From positions 5,218 through 69,217 of the forward strand of contig DATLRN010000003.1 in the NCBI GenBank assembly GCA_035534695.1: a stretch of 64,000 nucleotides of DNA, given 5' to 3'. Position 1 is the first letter of the stretch. Each line of letters opens with the position of its first letter. The stretch comes from Candidatus Dormiibacterota bacterium (GTDB lineage: Bacteria > Chloroflexota > Dormibacteria > Aeolococcales > Bog-877). Shown piece by piece: positions 1 through 9,103 of the stretch. The notes beneath the pieces were generated by a model that saw only the letters and a program-made list of their open reading frames with translations, searched no databases and had not been told where the DNA came from. Position numbers and translations under genes: made by a program.

Positions 1-60
1 CTGGACAATTCAAGACCTGAGGACCTGGACCGGACGCTAAACAGCTGGTTCAGGCATCGA

Positions 61-990
61 TCAGGCTGGGCCCGGGGCGTCGGCCTCCGTGCCGGTGGCA
101 CTGGGGACCAGAACGAAGTCATAGGAGAGTGTTGCCCAGGGACGGCCGACCGCCCGCCCTGGAGCCATCTCGTCGGCTTGGTGTTCGACGTACTCCGCCA
201 CCAGCGACTCCTTGACCCCGAACACGGCGTCATGGTCCAGGTAGGGATCACCCGCAGCGAATATGTGAGTCACGAGGGTGCGCCATCCAGGCGCTGAGAT
301 CATGAAGTGGAGGTGGGCGGGACGCATCGCTCCTCGCCCTGCCGCCCGAAGCAAATCACCGACGGGACCGTCACCCGGTATCGGATAGGCAGTGGGCCGG
401 ATCGTCCAGAACGAGAAGTTACCCCGATCGTCAGTGAATAGGTGACCCCGGTTGGCGATGTTCCCGCTCGGGCGCTGTACGTCGTAGAGGCCGTCCTCGT
501 CGGCGCCCCACACCTCCATTCGGGCGTCGGCGATCGCTTCAGCACTTGGGCCGCGGACCGTGCCCGACACAAAGCAGGGTTCACCGGCAGCACCGCGGGC
601 TAGGTCCGCGCCCCGCTCGACGTGCGGCGACTGCGACAAGAAGAAGGGACCAAAGACCGTGGATTCAGTAGCCCCGACATTGGTTGGCTCATTGACGGCG
701 ACGGTCAACATCGACGCTCCCAGGACATCCGACAGAAGGATGAATTCCTGGCGTCGCTCGTCCGTAATGTGACCCGTCCGAGTGAGGAAATCGATCCCTT
801 TACGCCACTCTTCGTTGGTCAGGCCGACCTCTTGTATGAGTGCATGGAGGTGGTAAACCAGGCTTTGCATGATGGCCTGGTAGCGTGGCGACGAAGAGTC
901 TCTGAAGGTCTGAACCACCTGTTCGGTGAGCGCCGACGCAGGGGTGTAGCGACCGCGCTCACTGTCTCTGGTCTGACCGAGATTTGGCAT
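61..990 (-). CDS. Intradiol ring-cleavage dioxygenase (hydroxyquinol/catechol 1,2-dioxygenase family)
   Basis: 309-aa ORF. N-terminal helical region is followed by a core with the YPIPxDGPxG...RPAHLHF pattern typical of intradiol dioxygenases. AGGAGG lies about 10 nt upstream of ATG 990. Confidence 0.85.
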   Translation of the reverse strand: MPNLGQTRDSERGRYTPASALTEQVVQTFRDSSSPRYQAIMQSLVYHLHALIQEVGLTNEEWRKGIDFLTRTGHITDERRQEFILLSDVLGASMLTVAVNEPTNVGATESTVFGPFFLSQSPHVERGADLARGAAGEPCFVSGTVRGPSAEAIADARMEVWGADEDGLYDVQRPSGNIANRGHLFTDDRGNFSFWTIRPTAYPIPGDGPVGDLLRAAGRGAMRPAHLHFMISAPGWRTLVTHIFAAGDPYLDHDAVFGVKESLVAEYVEHQADEMAPGRAVGRPWATLSYDFVLVPSATGTEADAPGPA

Positions 991-1158
991 TGACGGTTAC
1001 CTCCTGGTCTGGTCGTTCGTCACAAGTACGGACTCGCCTTAATCCACCAAGTCACTGAACACTGCGCTAACAGTATGGCGCGGACACTTTTGGATCCCGG
1101 CGCGTCGGCCAGGTCGTGCTCCCTCTCAGGAGCTGACGCTGTGTTTCGCTGGTTGGGA

Positions 1159-1986
1159 CTAGTAGGCGAGAGCGAGAACATACGCGACACCGTCAACTTC
1201 GGCACCCGATGGGACGGGACACGAGGCTCTGAAGCTTGTTGAGGTGGCGTGCACGGCCGCAACCGCCATAGCCCCGCCGGTTGGCTGGCCGCCCGGGAAA
1301 GCGCTGCTTACCAGGTTGACCGAGCCACCGCTGAAGGTCGGCGAGAGCGGAGAGATGGTGTTCCCGCTTGCCGATGCACCAAATAGGACGATGACCTCAT
1401 CGCCAACCGCGACGCCGGAGACGTTCAGGGTGAGTGAGCCGCTGGTAGAGAACCCATCGGCCGTCAAGGAGGTGACTGACTGGTACCCGTACCGTCCGAT
1501 CCCCCCCCATGACGCACTGTGTGCCATCACCGCTCGCGGTTGCGGAGCTCGTCACGCCAAACTTTGAGTAGGTACCGGCCGATGCGTTGTTCCACCCACC
1601 GGTGGGGGTGCAACCGCCCATTCCGGTCGCGACGAAGAAGTAGTCAGTGCAGCTATGCGGTCCGCAGGCGCCAACGGTAGTACTGGCTGAGCCCCGATCG
1701 AAAGCGCCATTGGCCGCGAATGAAGCTGCGAGTGGTGTCGGGCAGTGGTCGGTCGAGGGGTCGAGGTTCCGCCGCCCCCTGAGCCCTTAGATGCTGAGGC
1801 GCTGGCCGATGGTGAGGCCTTGCCGGGCGACGAAGAGCCGGATGCCTTAGGGGACGCCTTGCCGGAATGTGTCGCCTTGGGACTGGGCGACTAATGCCCC
1901 GTGCCGTGGTGTGAAGGCGTACTGCCACAGCCGCTCCCGGCGAATGCCATCGCCAGAGCTGCGATCATCGCCAACGCATATCTCAA
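1159..1986 (-). pseudogene. Disrupted lipoprotein gene (in-frame stop plus two frame changes)
   Basis: The frame opening at TTG 1986/ATG 1968 encodes a signal peptide with a lipobox-like LAMAFAGSGC, then hits an in-frame TAG at 1893-1891. An S/P/K/G-rich linker continues in the same frame. Protein-like sequence (..CGPHSCTDYFFVATGMGGCTPTGGWNN..) then runs in a second frame (track ORF 1397..1621). It returns to the first frame (track ORF 1159..1530) at a G8 run (C8 on the + strand, 1501-1508). Confidence 0.45.
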
Positions 1987-2128
1987 CTTCACAAAGGTCT
2001 CCGCGCCGGGCTGAACTTGCTGACGCCGTACCTTACCGGAGTTGTAGCGAAAAGGTCAGTCACCTGACGGTTTTTGAAACATGGAGCGCCCCCACCTGGC
2101 GGCCCAAAGAGACTCGCTTGCTGCTCGG

Positions 2129-3730
2129 TCAGTTGAGCAGGTCGGCGAGGAGCGACGTCGGCGGGGATCCGTGCGCCAGAACTTCGTCGTACGAAGAGAT
2201 GGGAGCGAGATGGCCGAAGAGGTCCTGCAATTCGGTGTAGCCCACGAAGTAGGTGGACAGTTGGGCCGAGGTCAGACAGGCGCGGCGCCACTTTTCTGTG
2301 GCCTCTGCTGGCTCCTGGAATCCGCGGTCGATCATCATTGCGACCGCCTCTTCCTTTCCCATGCCGCCGGCATGGACGGCGGCGTCGAGGATGGCATTGA
2401 TGGTGCAGCGCAGTTGCACCTTGATGCGCTGGGTGCGGACGGGCAGGCCACCCAGCCCCAACTCGCCCACGATGCGCTCCGCTTGGCAGGCCCACCCCTC
2501 GACGAACGGTCCGTTGTAGAAAGCGGCCCTGACCTTGGTCGGGCCCCGGAACGTTCGTGCCATGGCCAGCTGCATGACGTGCCCGGGCAGGGCCTCGTGC
2601 GCCATCAGCATCACCATCATGGCGGAGTTGATCTCGCGGTAAAAGGAGTCGACCTGCTCCTGGCTCCAATTGTCCGGGGTGGGAGAGATCATCACCTTGG
2701 AGTGGGCGCCTTCTTCGAAGGGACCGGCCGGCATGCAAAACGCGGAGGCCATGCCCCGCATGAACTCGGGGACCACCTCGAGGTCGTAGGGGTCCTCGGG
2801 CACCGTGAACAAGCCGGAGCCAGCCACCGCCGAGCTCAGGTCATTCAAGGCCGAGCGGGCCTCGGTCAGCACGGTCTGGTTGTTCGGCCTTCGCTCGGCC
2901 ACCCGATTGAGGGCACCCCGGATCGTCTCCTCTTGGGTTCCCGCGCTCCCGACCAGCTCAGCGGCCGCTTCGGCCAGCTCCGCTGTCAATACCTCGATGC
3001 GAGCGTGGGCGCGCCGGAGCACCTCTTCCGGGTTGAGCGGTGAGTGGAGATCGAGCCGGAGTTTCTCGGCGAAGCGACGCTCACCCAGCCGGAAATCGCC
3101 TTGGGCCGACTCCAGCGACTCCTCCAAGAAGCTTCCGAAACGTTCCCATGCCGCCAAGGCCTGCTGCTGGGCCTTGGCCACCCGCCCCCGCAGAAAGAGG
3201 TCGTTGACCTCGCCCACCAGTTGGTCGACCTCTTGACGCACCAGCTTCACGACGCCGGGGTGTTGCTGGAGGGCGGTTTCGACGTGGATGTGAGGAGGAT
3301 TGCTCAACTGGCGGCGGGCCAGATCCACCAGCTCGGGTATGGCCTCCAGCCGGGCGCAGACGCTGCGCAACCGGGTCTCCGCTGGCTGGGTCTTCTGGGA
3401 GAGCAACCCGAAGAGGCCGTCTCCGGGGTTGTAGACGAGGGGATCCCAGCTCGGGGCATGTACTTCCTCGTAGCGGAAGATCCGCTCCGCCAGTTGGTTG
3501 GCGAGAACCGCCGCATCTACCCGGCTCTCCTGGTCCAGCTCCGCCAGGCTGACCGCTTCCAGCTCCTGCTGGCGTGCTCGAAGCCGCCTTACCGTTGCCT
3601 CGCCGCCGACCAGACTTCGATCGCTGATGCGGTCGTCGAAACTATGGTCGCCGAGGGCGGTGGCCTCCTCCGGGTTGAGTTCCAGGAGGTCATCGACGGC
3701 AGCGTTGGCAAGGGTGGGGAAATCGACCAT
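2129..3730 (-). CDS. DUF885 family protein (putative metallopeptidase-like)
   Basis: 533-aa ORF with a HEALPGHxxQ motif and the overall helical layout I associate with DUF885. No signal peptide seen. Confidence 0.8.
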   Translation of the reverse strand: MVDFPTLANAAVDDLLELNPEEATALGDHSFDDRISDRSLVGGEATVRRLRARQQELEAVSLAELDQESRVDAAVLANQLAERIFRYEEVHAPSWDPLVYNPGDGLFGLLSQKTQPAETRLRSVCARLEAIPELVDLARRQLSNPPHIHVETALQQHPGVVKLVRQEVDQLVGEVNDLFLRGRVAKAQQQALAAWERFGSFLEESLESAQGDFRLGERRFAEKLRLDLHSPLNPEEVLRRAHARIEVLTAELAEAAAELVGSAGTQEETIRGALNRVAERRPNNQTVLTEARSALNDLSSAVAGSGLFTVPEDPYDLEVVPEFMRGMASAFCMPAGPFEEGAHSKVMISPTPDNWSQEQVDSFYREINSAMMVMLMAHEALPGHVMQLAMARTFRGPTKVRAAFYNGPFVEGWACQAERIVGELGLGGLPVRTQRIKVQLRCTINAILDAAVHAGGMGKEEAVAMMIDRGFQEPAEATEKWRRACLTSAQLSTYFVGYTELQDLFGHLAPISSYDEVLAHGSPPTSLLADLLN

Positions 3731-3776
3731 GCTCTGATGAGTATCCCAAACCGCGGGGCCGGGCTCGACGATCCTC

Positions 3777-4653
3777 CTAGGAACCCGGTCCGTTGAGTTC
3801 GGCCACGGTCAGGTGCAGGAGCGCGAGCTCCATCGACACCAGGTGGGCCTGCTCCAACAGGATGCGGGTGGGGCCGACTTGGAGCCACATGTCGGCGCAG
3901 CCGATCGTCTGACTGGTAGCCGCGTTGGCTGTTGCCCCGACTTCGGTACGGAAGGTTAGCCGGACTGAAGTAGTGCTCATGGCGCAGCTGATGGTGCCCG
4001 GGGGCGCCACCGTCCTCAGACCGTTTACTAAACGAATCAGCGCGCTCAGTTGCCTACCCTGGCTGAGGGTAAGTGAACGCTTGCCGACCGCGGGCGCCAG
4101 GCTTTGGGCCGAGATCGTTGCCGACCGATCTGAGAGGGGCACCCGTGAGGCCGCAGTACGGACCGGAAGCCAGACCACCTGGGTGTCGATCCGGACGGCG
4201 GAGCTCCTCGGGCTCAGGGCGAGCAAGGAGTCCACCAGCCAGGCTTCGCTGACGCCCTTTGGGGGGTGGACGTAGCCCCAGTACCAGTCCGTCGACCGAC
4301 TCGCTCCGAGAGACCCATGAACTGGTGCCCACCAGGGAAGTTCCCGGCGGCCGGTGGGATTGGAGGAAGCTGGCCAGGGCTTGCTCTGAGAGGGGAACTC
4401 GCCAAATCGAATGCCGGTCCACCGAGGTGGTCGCGTCGATCTTCTGCGGCACGCGGTTGAGACCTGGCGCTGGCGCTCTCCCCAGCCGGTGGCTCGAGGC
4501 TGGTAGTACGACCGAGCCCAGCAGCCGCTGGGCTAGCGCTTGAGCCGCTTTCTGGTTGACGGGCTCAGTGGCCGATGTCCCGCACCCTGTGAGCCAGAGC
4601 GACCTCCCGACAAAGCCCACGAGCAGGGAGGCACGTAGGACTGGTGGCACCAT
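3777..4653 (-). pseudogene. Frame-disrupted lipoprotein gene
   Basis: Track ORF 4054..4653 starts with a signal peptide and lipobox (LWLTGCGTS). Its 3' part becomes Arg/Pro/Gly junk. Meanwhile track ORF 3777..4235 (different frame) is open upstream to at least 4370 and has good GC3 from about 4295 downstream. This implies a single frame change somewhere in about 4255-4310. A C6 run (G6 on the + strand, 4261-4266) lies in that interval. Confidence 0.45.
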
Positions 4654-4713
4654 CTCGATCGGGATGACGTCCCCTCGGCCAATCCGGTTCCCGCCGACGC
4701 CCTGCCCTGGTCA

Positions 4714-7341
4714 TCAGGGCAATGGGGCGCCGCCCTCACCAGCCTCGGCGGCGCCGGGTGTGTCTGGCCGCTGCTCATCGTCCACTGGGGCTTGGCTCTG
4801 GTGCTCGCTTGTTGCGGCGATCAGCTTGCGACTCGGACGGTTCTGCCAGAGAAAGTACCGATGGAGGCCGACCGAGCCGAGACCAAATACCACGAACAGG
4901 ACGATGGCGGTGATCAGAGGAGCGTTGCCGGCATTGACCGCACCCGGCTCGGGGTGTAGCAGGACCTGGATCACGCCGAACCCAGCGATTCCAAAGACCG
5001 CTGCCCAGACTCCCTTGTGCCAGGACATGACCGAACCGCCGAGCGTGAACCGAAGGGGCAGCAGGGCGAGCACGTTGCCCACGATGCCGCCCACGAAGAC
5101 CGAGGCACAGAGGTCATCCAGGAAGATCAGCGGCGGGGCAGCGCCCGCGAAGCCTGCTGGTCCGTGGACGGCTGCCCAGAGGAACCAGGCGATCAGCCCA
5201 ACGCCCAGGTAGGTGAGGGCGCCGATGGCGGCAACATGGCCCTGCTCGTGGCGGCGCAGCCGGGTGGCGAATACCACGCCGCAGACCAGCCCGTAGAAGT
5301 ACCCGGGCTCGAAGGCGCTTAGGCGGGAGATCAGGACACAGATAGCTGCTACCCCCAAGCCCAAGGGGATGGCGTGCAGCTCCCACTTGATGTCGAGCCG
5401 CCGTCTCCGCCGGTAGAGATAGTCGACCAAGGGGACGATGGCGATGCTGATCAGCAACGCCACACCGGTGGCAAGGTAGCTAAGTAGCGAGGTTCCGTTC
5501 CATCCAAAGTTAGGGCTGAGCAAAGCGTCCAGCAGGGCGCCGATGGCCAGAGTCCCAGCGAACAGCCAGGTGGCAAATCGTCGACCGGTGGACTTGGCGT
5601 ATCGCTCCCGGAGTCGGCGCAACCAGCGCACCCGCCGCTCCGTCAATTCGCGGATCTCTTCGTAGTTCTCTTGAAACGTGTGGTTGAAGAGGGAGGAGGG
5701 GAAGGTCACCAGGAGGACCAGGGGGATGGTGATGGCCAGGTTGGCGGCTGCCAGCTGAGGCGACCGGAATGCGCGCCAGGGAGTGTTGAGAGAGGAGGCC
5801 AGGGTCGATACGGTCACACCCGGGCTGGCCGCCGCTGGGACCGTGTAGACGAAGCTGGGGTACTGGTTGAGTGGCAGCGTCCAGCTGTCGTTGTCGGCGA
5901 CGTCGTACACCACCAACCCGGTGCCGAACTGGATTCCCGCGCCCGCCAGGATCACGTACTTCCCGTCCGGGGTGCTGGCTGCACCCCCCACCACGGGCAC
6001 GCTTGAGGTACCGCGCTCGGTGTCGGCCCCTGTCTTGGTGTTGATCTCGGTGACTGAGTTCCACTGGTGGGGGACGAAAACCTCTGAGCCGTCGGGCGTT
6101 ATCGCGATCCCGGTTGGAGGCAGGGGGCCCACCGGCAGGGAGCGGACCCGGCCGGTGCTGAGGTCGACCTGACTTATCTCTCCGGAGGTCCCACCTTGGC
6201 TGTCCGCCACCCACAGACGGCTAGCATCGGGAGACACGACCAGGGCGAACGGGGTAGTCCCCTTGGCCAGCTTGATCCGGCTGACCGAGTCGTTGGAGGT
6301 CTGGAGCACCGCGATCTGGGCGAGGTTGTTGTCGGCCACGTACACCTGCTGGCCATTGGGGCTTATCGCCACTCCCTGGGGATCTGCGCTGGTGGGGCCG
6401 AGACGGACCGCGGTCACCTGCCTGTCCGACAGATCGACCACGGCCAGGGATGCCGTCGATTCCTCCACCACGTAGGCGAACTGTGCTCCCGTGCCCACCA
6501 CCACCCCCTGGGGGTTGGTGTTCAGCCCGAGTGGGATCGGCGGTCCAAAGAGCCTCCCGGTGGCGAGGCTTACCTCAAGGAGCTCCCCCATGCCCCTACC
6601 GGTGGATGCGGTTACGTAGATGTAGGGTGAACTGGCTGAGTACGCCAACTGGTGGGCCAGGTCGTCGGGGGGACCGCTGTTGGCTCCCAGTTGGAGCGTG
6701 ATCACCTTCACCCGGCCGTCCACCGGATCGACCACCGCCAGTTGCGGCGCCCGGCTGTTGATCACCACCACCTGGTAGGAAGGTGCCGGAGGCTTGTAGC
6801 GCAGCAGGTCAGTCCCGGTGAAGCCATCGCTGGCCAGGGCGTAAAACTCGCCGCCCAGAGCCCGAAGTTTGGTCAGGCTAACCCGATAGGTGGGGTCGCC
6901 TTGGGTGACCAACGTGCCATAGAGAGGTCGGGTGACCGACCCGGTCATGAAGGTGAGGTAGGCGGCCTTCGCGGGTGCCCCCCACGTCTGGAGGTTTCCG
7001 CTCGATCCAAGCGCACGAACCGAAGTTGAGGTGCCGCCCTCATGGGGCGGCGCGTTGGTCGCAACGTAACCCAGGTAGAGGACGAGGTCTCCCCCGGCGT
7101 AGCGGCACTGGGAGACCTCGCTGGGAGTGCCTTCAGCAGCGAAGCTGGGCACTCCGGCTTCGGTGCTCCCCAGCGCGGCCGCTATCTCGCTAGAGGGGAT
7201 CTCTGAGCACAGATTGGCAAGGGGAGGGTAGGGATTGGTGGACGAGGCGCTCGCCGTCAGGGGGGCAGTCATGAGAGCCAGCGCAACCAAGACGGGCGCA
7301 CAGCGCGCCAAACGAACAATCACCCGTCTCTCCTGGGCCAT
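4714..7341 (-). CDS. Secreted YVTN-type beta-propeller protein fused to a C-terminal polytopic membrane domain
   Basis: 875-aa ORF. It has an N-terminal signal peptide (..VLVALALMTAPLTASASS). Repeated blade-like motifs follow (QGVAISPNGQQVYVADNN, PFALVVSPDASRLWVADSQ, PTGIAITPDGSEVFVPHQ, AASTPDGKYVILAG). After about aa 530 there are 8-9 hydrophobic segments with an LALLPLRFTLGG motif and a charged tail. Confidence 0.8.
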   Translation of the reverse strand: MAQERRVIVRLARCAPVLVALALMTAPLTASASSTNPYPPLANLCSEIPSSEIAAALGSTEAGVPSFAAEGTPSEVSQCRYAGGDLVLYLGYVATNAPPHEGGTSTSVRALGSSGNLQTWGAPAKAAYLTFMTGSVTRPLYGTLVTQGDPTYRVSLTKLRALGGEFYALASDGFTGTDLLRYKPPAPSYQVVVINSRAPQLAVVDPVDGRVKVITLQLGANSGPPDDLAHQLAYSASSPYIYVTASTGRGMGELLEVSLATGRLFGPPIPLGLNTNPQGVVVGTGAQFAYVVEESTASLAVVDLSDRQVTAVRLGPTSADPQGVAISPNGQQVYVADNNLAQIAVLQTSNDSVSRIKLAKGTTPFALVVSPDASRLWVADSQGGTSGEISQVDLSTGRVRSLPVGPLPPTGIAITPDGSEVFVPHQWNSVTEINTKTGADTERGTSSVPVVGGAASTPDGKYVILAGAGIQFGTGLVVYDVADNDSWTLPLNQYPSFVYTVPAAASPGVTVSTLASSLNTPWRAFRSPQLAAANLAITIPLVLLVTFPSSLFNHTFQENYEEIRELTERRVRWLRRLRERYAKSTGRRFATWLFAGTLAIGALLDALLSPNFGWNGTSLLSYLATGVALLISIAIVPLVDYLYRRRRRLDIKWELHAIPLGLGVAAICVLISRLSAFEPGYFYGLVCGVVFATRLRRHEQGHVAAIGALTYLGVGLIAWFLWAAVHGPAGFAGAAPPLIFLDDLCASVFVGGIVGNVLALLPLRFTLGGSVMSWHKGVWAAVFGIAGFGVIQVLLHPEPGAVNAGNAPLITAIVLFVVFGLGSVGLHRYFLWQNRPSRKLIAATSEHQSQAPVDDEQRPDTPGAAEAGEGGAPLP

Positions 7342-7442
7342 CCGGCTGCCGATCGGAAGTTGGTTGCAAGATAGGATCCCGGAACATGGCCGTCAACTGA
7401 CGGGTGTCGGTCGGGGGACCTCTTCTGAGTGGAGCGGGCCCC

Positions 7443-8051
7443 TTATTGGGGATCCGGGGCGAGCAGGATGTCGCGCAGCACCGCCGCCAGCTCCTTGCGG
7501 AGTCCGGGATGAGCCTCCGGTCCGAGCCCCCTGGTGGTGCCGACGGCGCCTGCCATGAGCGCGCCTAGGGCGGAGGAGACACGGACCACGTCGCGCAGCG
7601 GGATGTCTCCATTGCTGATGAAATCGGTCCACTGCTTTTCGAGCTTCTTGTGCTCCTCCAGGTGCTTTGGGTCCCGTTCGCCCAGTGCCTCAATGGCCGT
7701 GCGATTCCGCTCTATCAAACCGAAGATCTGACGCTGGGCCAGGACCTGGTCAAGGAGGACTTCCAGCGCTTCGAGGACGGCCTGCCGATCGACTGGCCCC
7801 TTCGTCGGAACCAACACCTCAAGTACGTCGAGGCCGTGATGCCCGATGCCGTGGACGCGTTCGATCAGCGACAGGAGAAGCTCTTCCTTACTGCGGAAGT
7901 GGTAGTACAGCGCCGCCTTGGTGACGCCGACGCGGTCGGCTACCTCGCGCAGCGATGTCTTGTCGAAGCCCTGCTCCGTGAACAGATCGATCGCCGCCTC
8001 CATGATCCGATCGCGGGTGGACGACGGCTCGTCGGGGTTCGGCTTGTCCAC
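7443..8051 (-). CDS. TetR/AcrR family transcriptional regulator
   Basis: N-terminal HTH signature RIMEAAIDLFTEQGFDKTSLREVADRVGVTKAALYYHFRSKEELL. Divergent from the ABC exporter genes. Confidence 0.9.
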   Translation of the reverse strand: MDKPNPDEPSSTRDRIMEAAIDLFTEQGFDKTSLREVADRVGVTKAALYYHFRSKEELLLSLIERVHGIGHHGLDVLEVLVPTKGPVDRQAVLEALEVLLDQVLAQRQIFGLIERNRTAIEALGERDPKHLEEHKKLEKQWTDFISNGDIPLRDVVRVSSALGALMAGAVGTTRGLGPEAHPGLRKELAAVLRDILLAPDPQ

Positions 8052-8061
8052 TCAGGCTATT

Positions 8062-8095
8062 TTACTTGACGGCCGGTAGGTAACGCCTTTAGCAT
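8062..8095 (+). promoter_or_regulatory. Candidate promoter and TetR operator for the ABC exporter operon
   Basis: TTGACG (8066-8071), 18 nt spacer, TAGCAT (8090-8095). A 22-bp imperfect palindrome TTACTTGACGGCCGGTAGGTAA (8062-8083, 16/22 self-complementary) overlaps the -35. A related TACCGG half-site lies at 8108-8113. Confidence 0.35.
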
Positions 8096-8134
8096 CAACG
8101 GACAGTTTACCGGTCGGACAGTAAGGAGGCCGCC

Positions 8135-9103
8135 ATGGGCGAACCACCAGCCATCCTGGTCGAGGGCCTGGTCAAGGTCTATGGGAAGACCCGCGCGGTC
8201 GACGGCCTCGACCTGGAAGTGGCCAAGGGCAGCCTGGTCGCCGTCCTCGGGCCAAACGGTGCCGGTAAGACAACCTTGATCCGCATCCTGGCCACGTTAG
8301 CCAAACCCTCCGGGGGCCGCGCGATGGTGGCCGGGTGCGACGTTGCCTCGCATCCGGCCCAGGTACGGCGCAGCATCGGAATCGCGGGCCAGTCGGAGAG
8401 CATCGACGAGTACCTCACGGGTCGCCAGAACCTGGTGATGGTGGGGGAGTTGAGCCGGCTTCCCGGGTCGGAAGCGAAGCATCGGGCGACCAACCTGCTG
8501 GTCAGGTTCGAACTGACCGAGGCCGCCGACCGGCCCACCAAGACGTACTCCGGGGGCATGCGCCGAAAGCTGGACCTGGCCGCGAGCATGATCACCCAGC
8601 CTGAGGTCCTCTTCCTGGACGAGCCGACCACCGGGCTCGATCCCCGCGCGCGCATGGGCATGTGGCAGCTCATCCGGGAGTTGGGCGAGGCCGGCACCAC
8701 CATCCTTCTCACCACGCAATACCTGGACGAGGCAGATCAGCTGGCCCACAACATCGCTGTGGTGGACTCGGGCAAGGTCATCGCGTGGGGGAGCCCGAAC
8801 CAACTCAAGACCCAGGTCGGCGGTGCGGTCCTCGAAGTGACCCTTCCGGAGAGTGCGGATCTGGAGGAGGCCGCCGCGCTTCTGCGCCGCGATCTCTCGA
8901 AATCGGTAACCGTCGATCAGCGCCGATACAAACTCACCCTGCCGTCTACCGAGCAGACAGGCCTGGCCACCAGAGTGATTCGCACTCTCGACGCGGGCGG
9001 TGTTCTGGTGGACGACGTGACCGTGCGGCGCCCCGCCCTGGACGACGTCTTCATGACCCTGACGGGTCATGGGGCCGAGGAAGCTGGGGAGGACGCCGCA
9101 TGA
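8135..9103 (+). CDS. ABC transporter ATP-binding protein (DrrA-like, ABC-2 exporter type)
   Basis: Walker A GPNGAGKTT, signature YSGGMRRKL, Walker B LFLDEPTTGLD. AAGGAGG lies upstream of ATG 8135. Confidence 0.9.
   Translation: MGEPPAILVEGLVKVYGKTRAVDGLDLEVAKGSLVAVLGPNGAGKTTLIRILATLAKPSGGRAMVAGCDVASHPAQVRRSIGIAGQSESIDEYLTGRQNLVMVGELSRLPGSEAKHRATNLLVRFELTEAADRPTKTYSGGMRRKLDLAASMITQPEVLFLDEPTTGLDPRARMGMWQLIRELGEAGTTILLTTQYLDEADQLAHNIAVVDSGKVIAWGSPNQLKTQVGGAVLEVTLPESADLEEAAALLRRDLSKSVTVDQRRYKLTLPSTEQTGLATRVIRTLDAGGVLVDDVTVRRPALDDVFMTLTGHGAEEAGEDAA

Noticed and set aside
4255-4266. Programmed ribosomal frameshifting at CCCCCCAAAGGG in the lipoprotein gene
   Set aside because: The required shift is +1, and no stimulatory structure or known +1 shift-site context is evident. 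The GC3 profile places the frame switch about 30-40 nt upstream of the tract. A mutation or assembly indel is more parsimonious.
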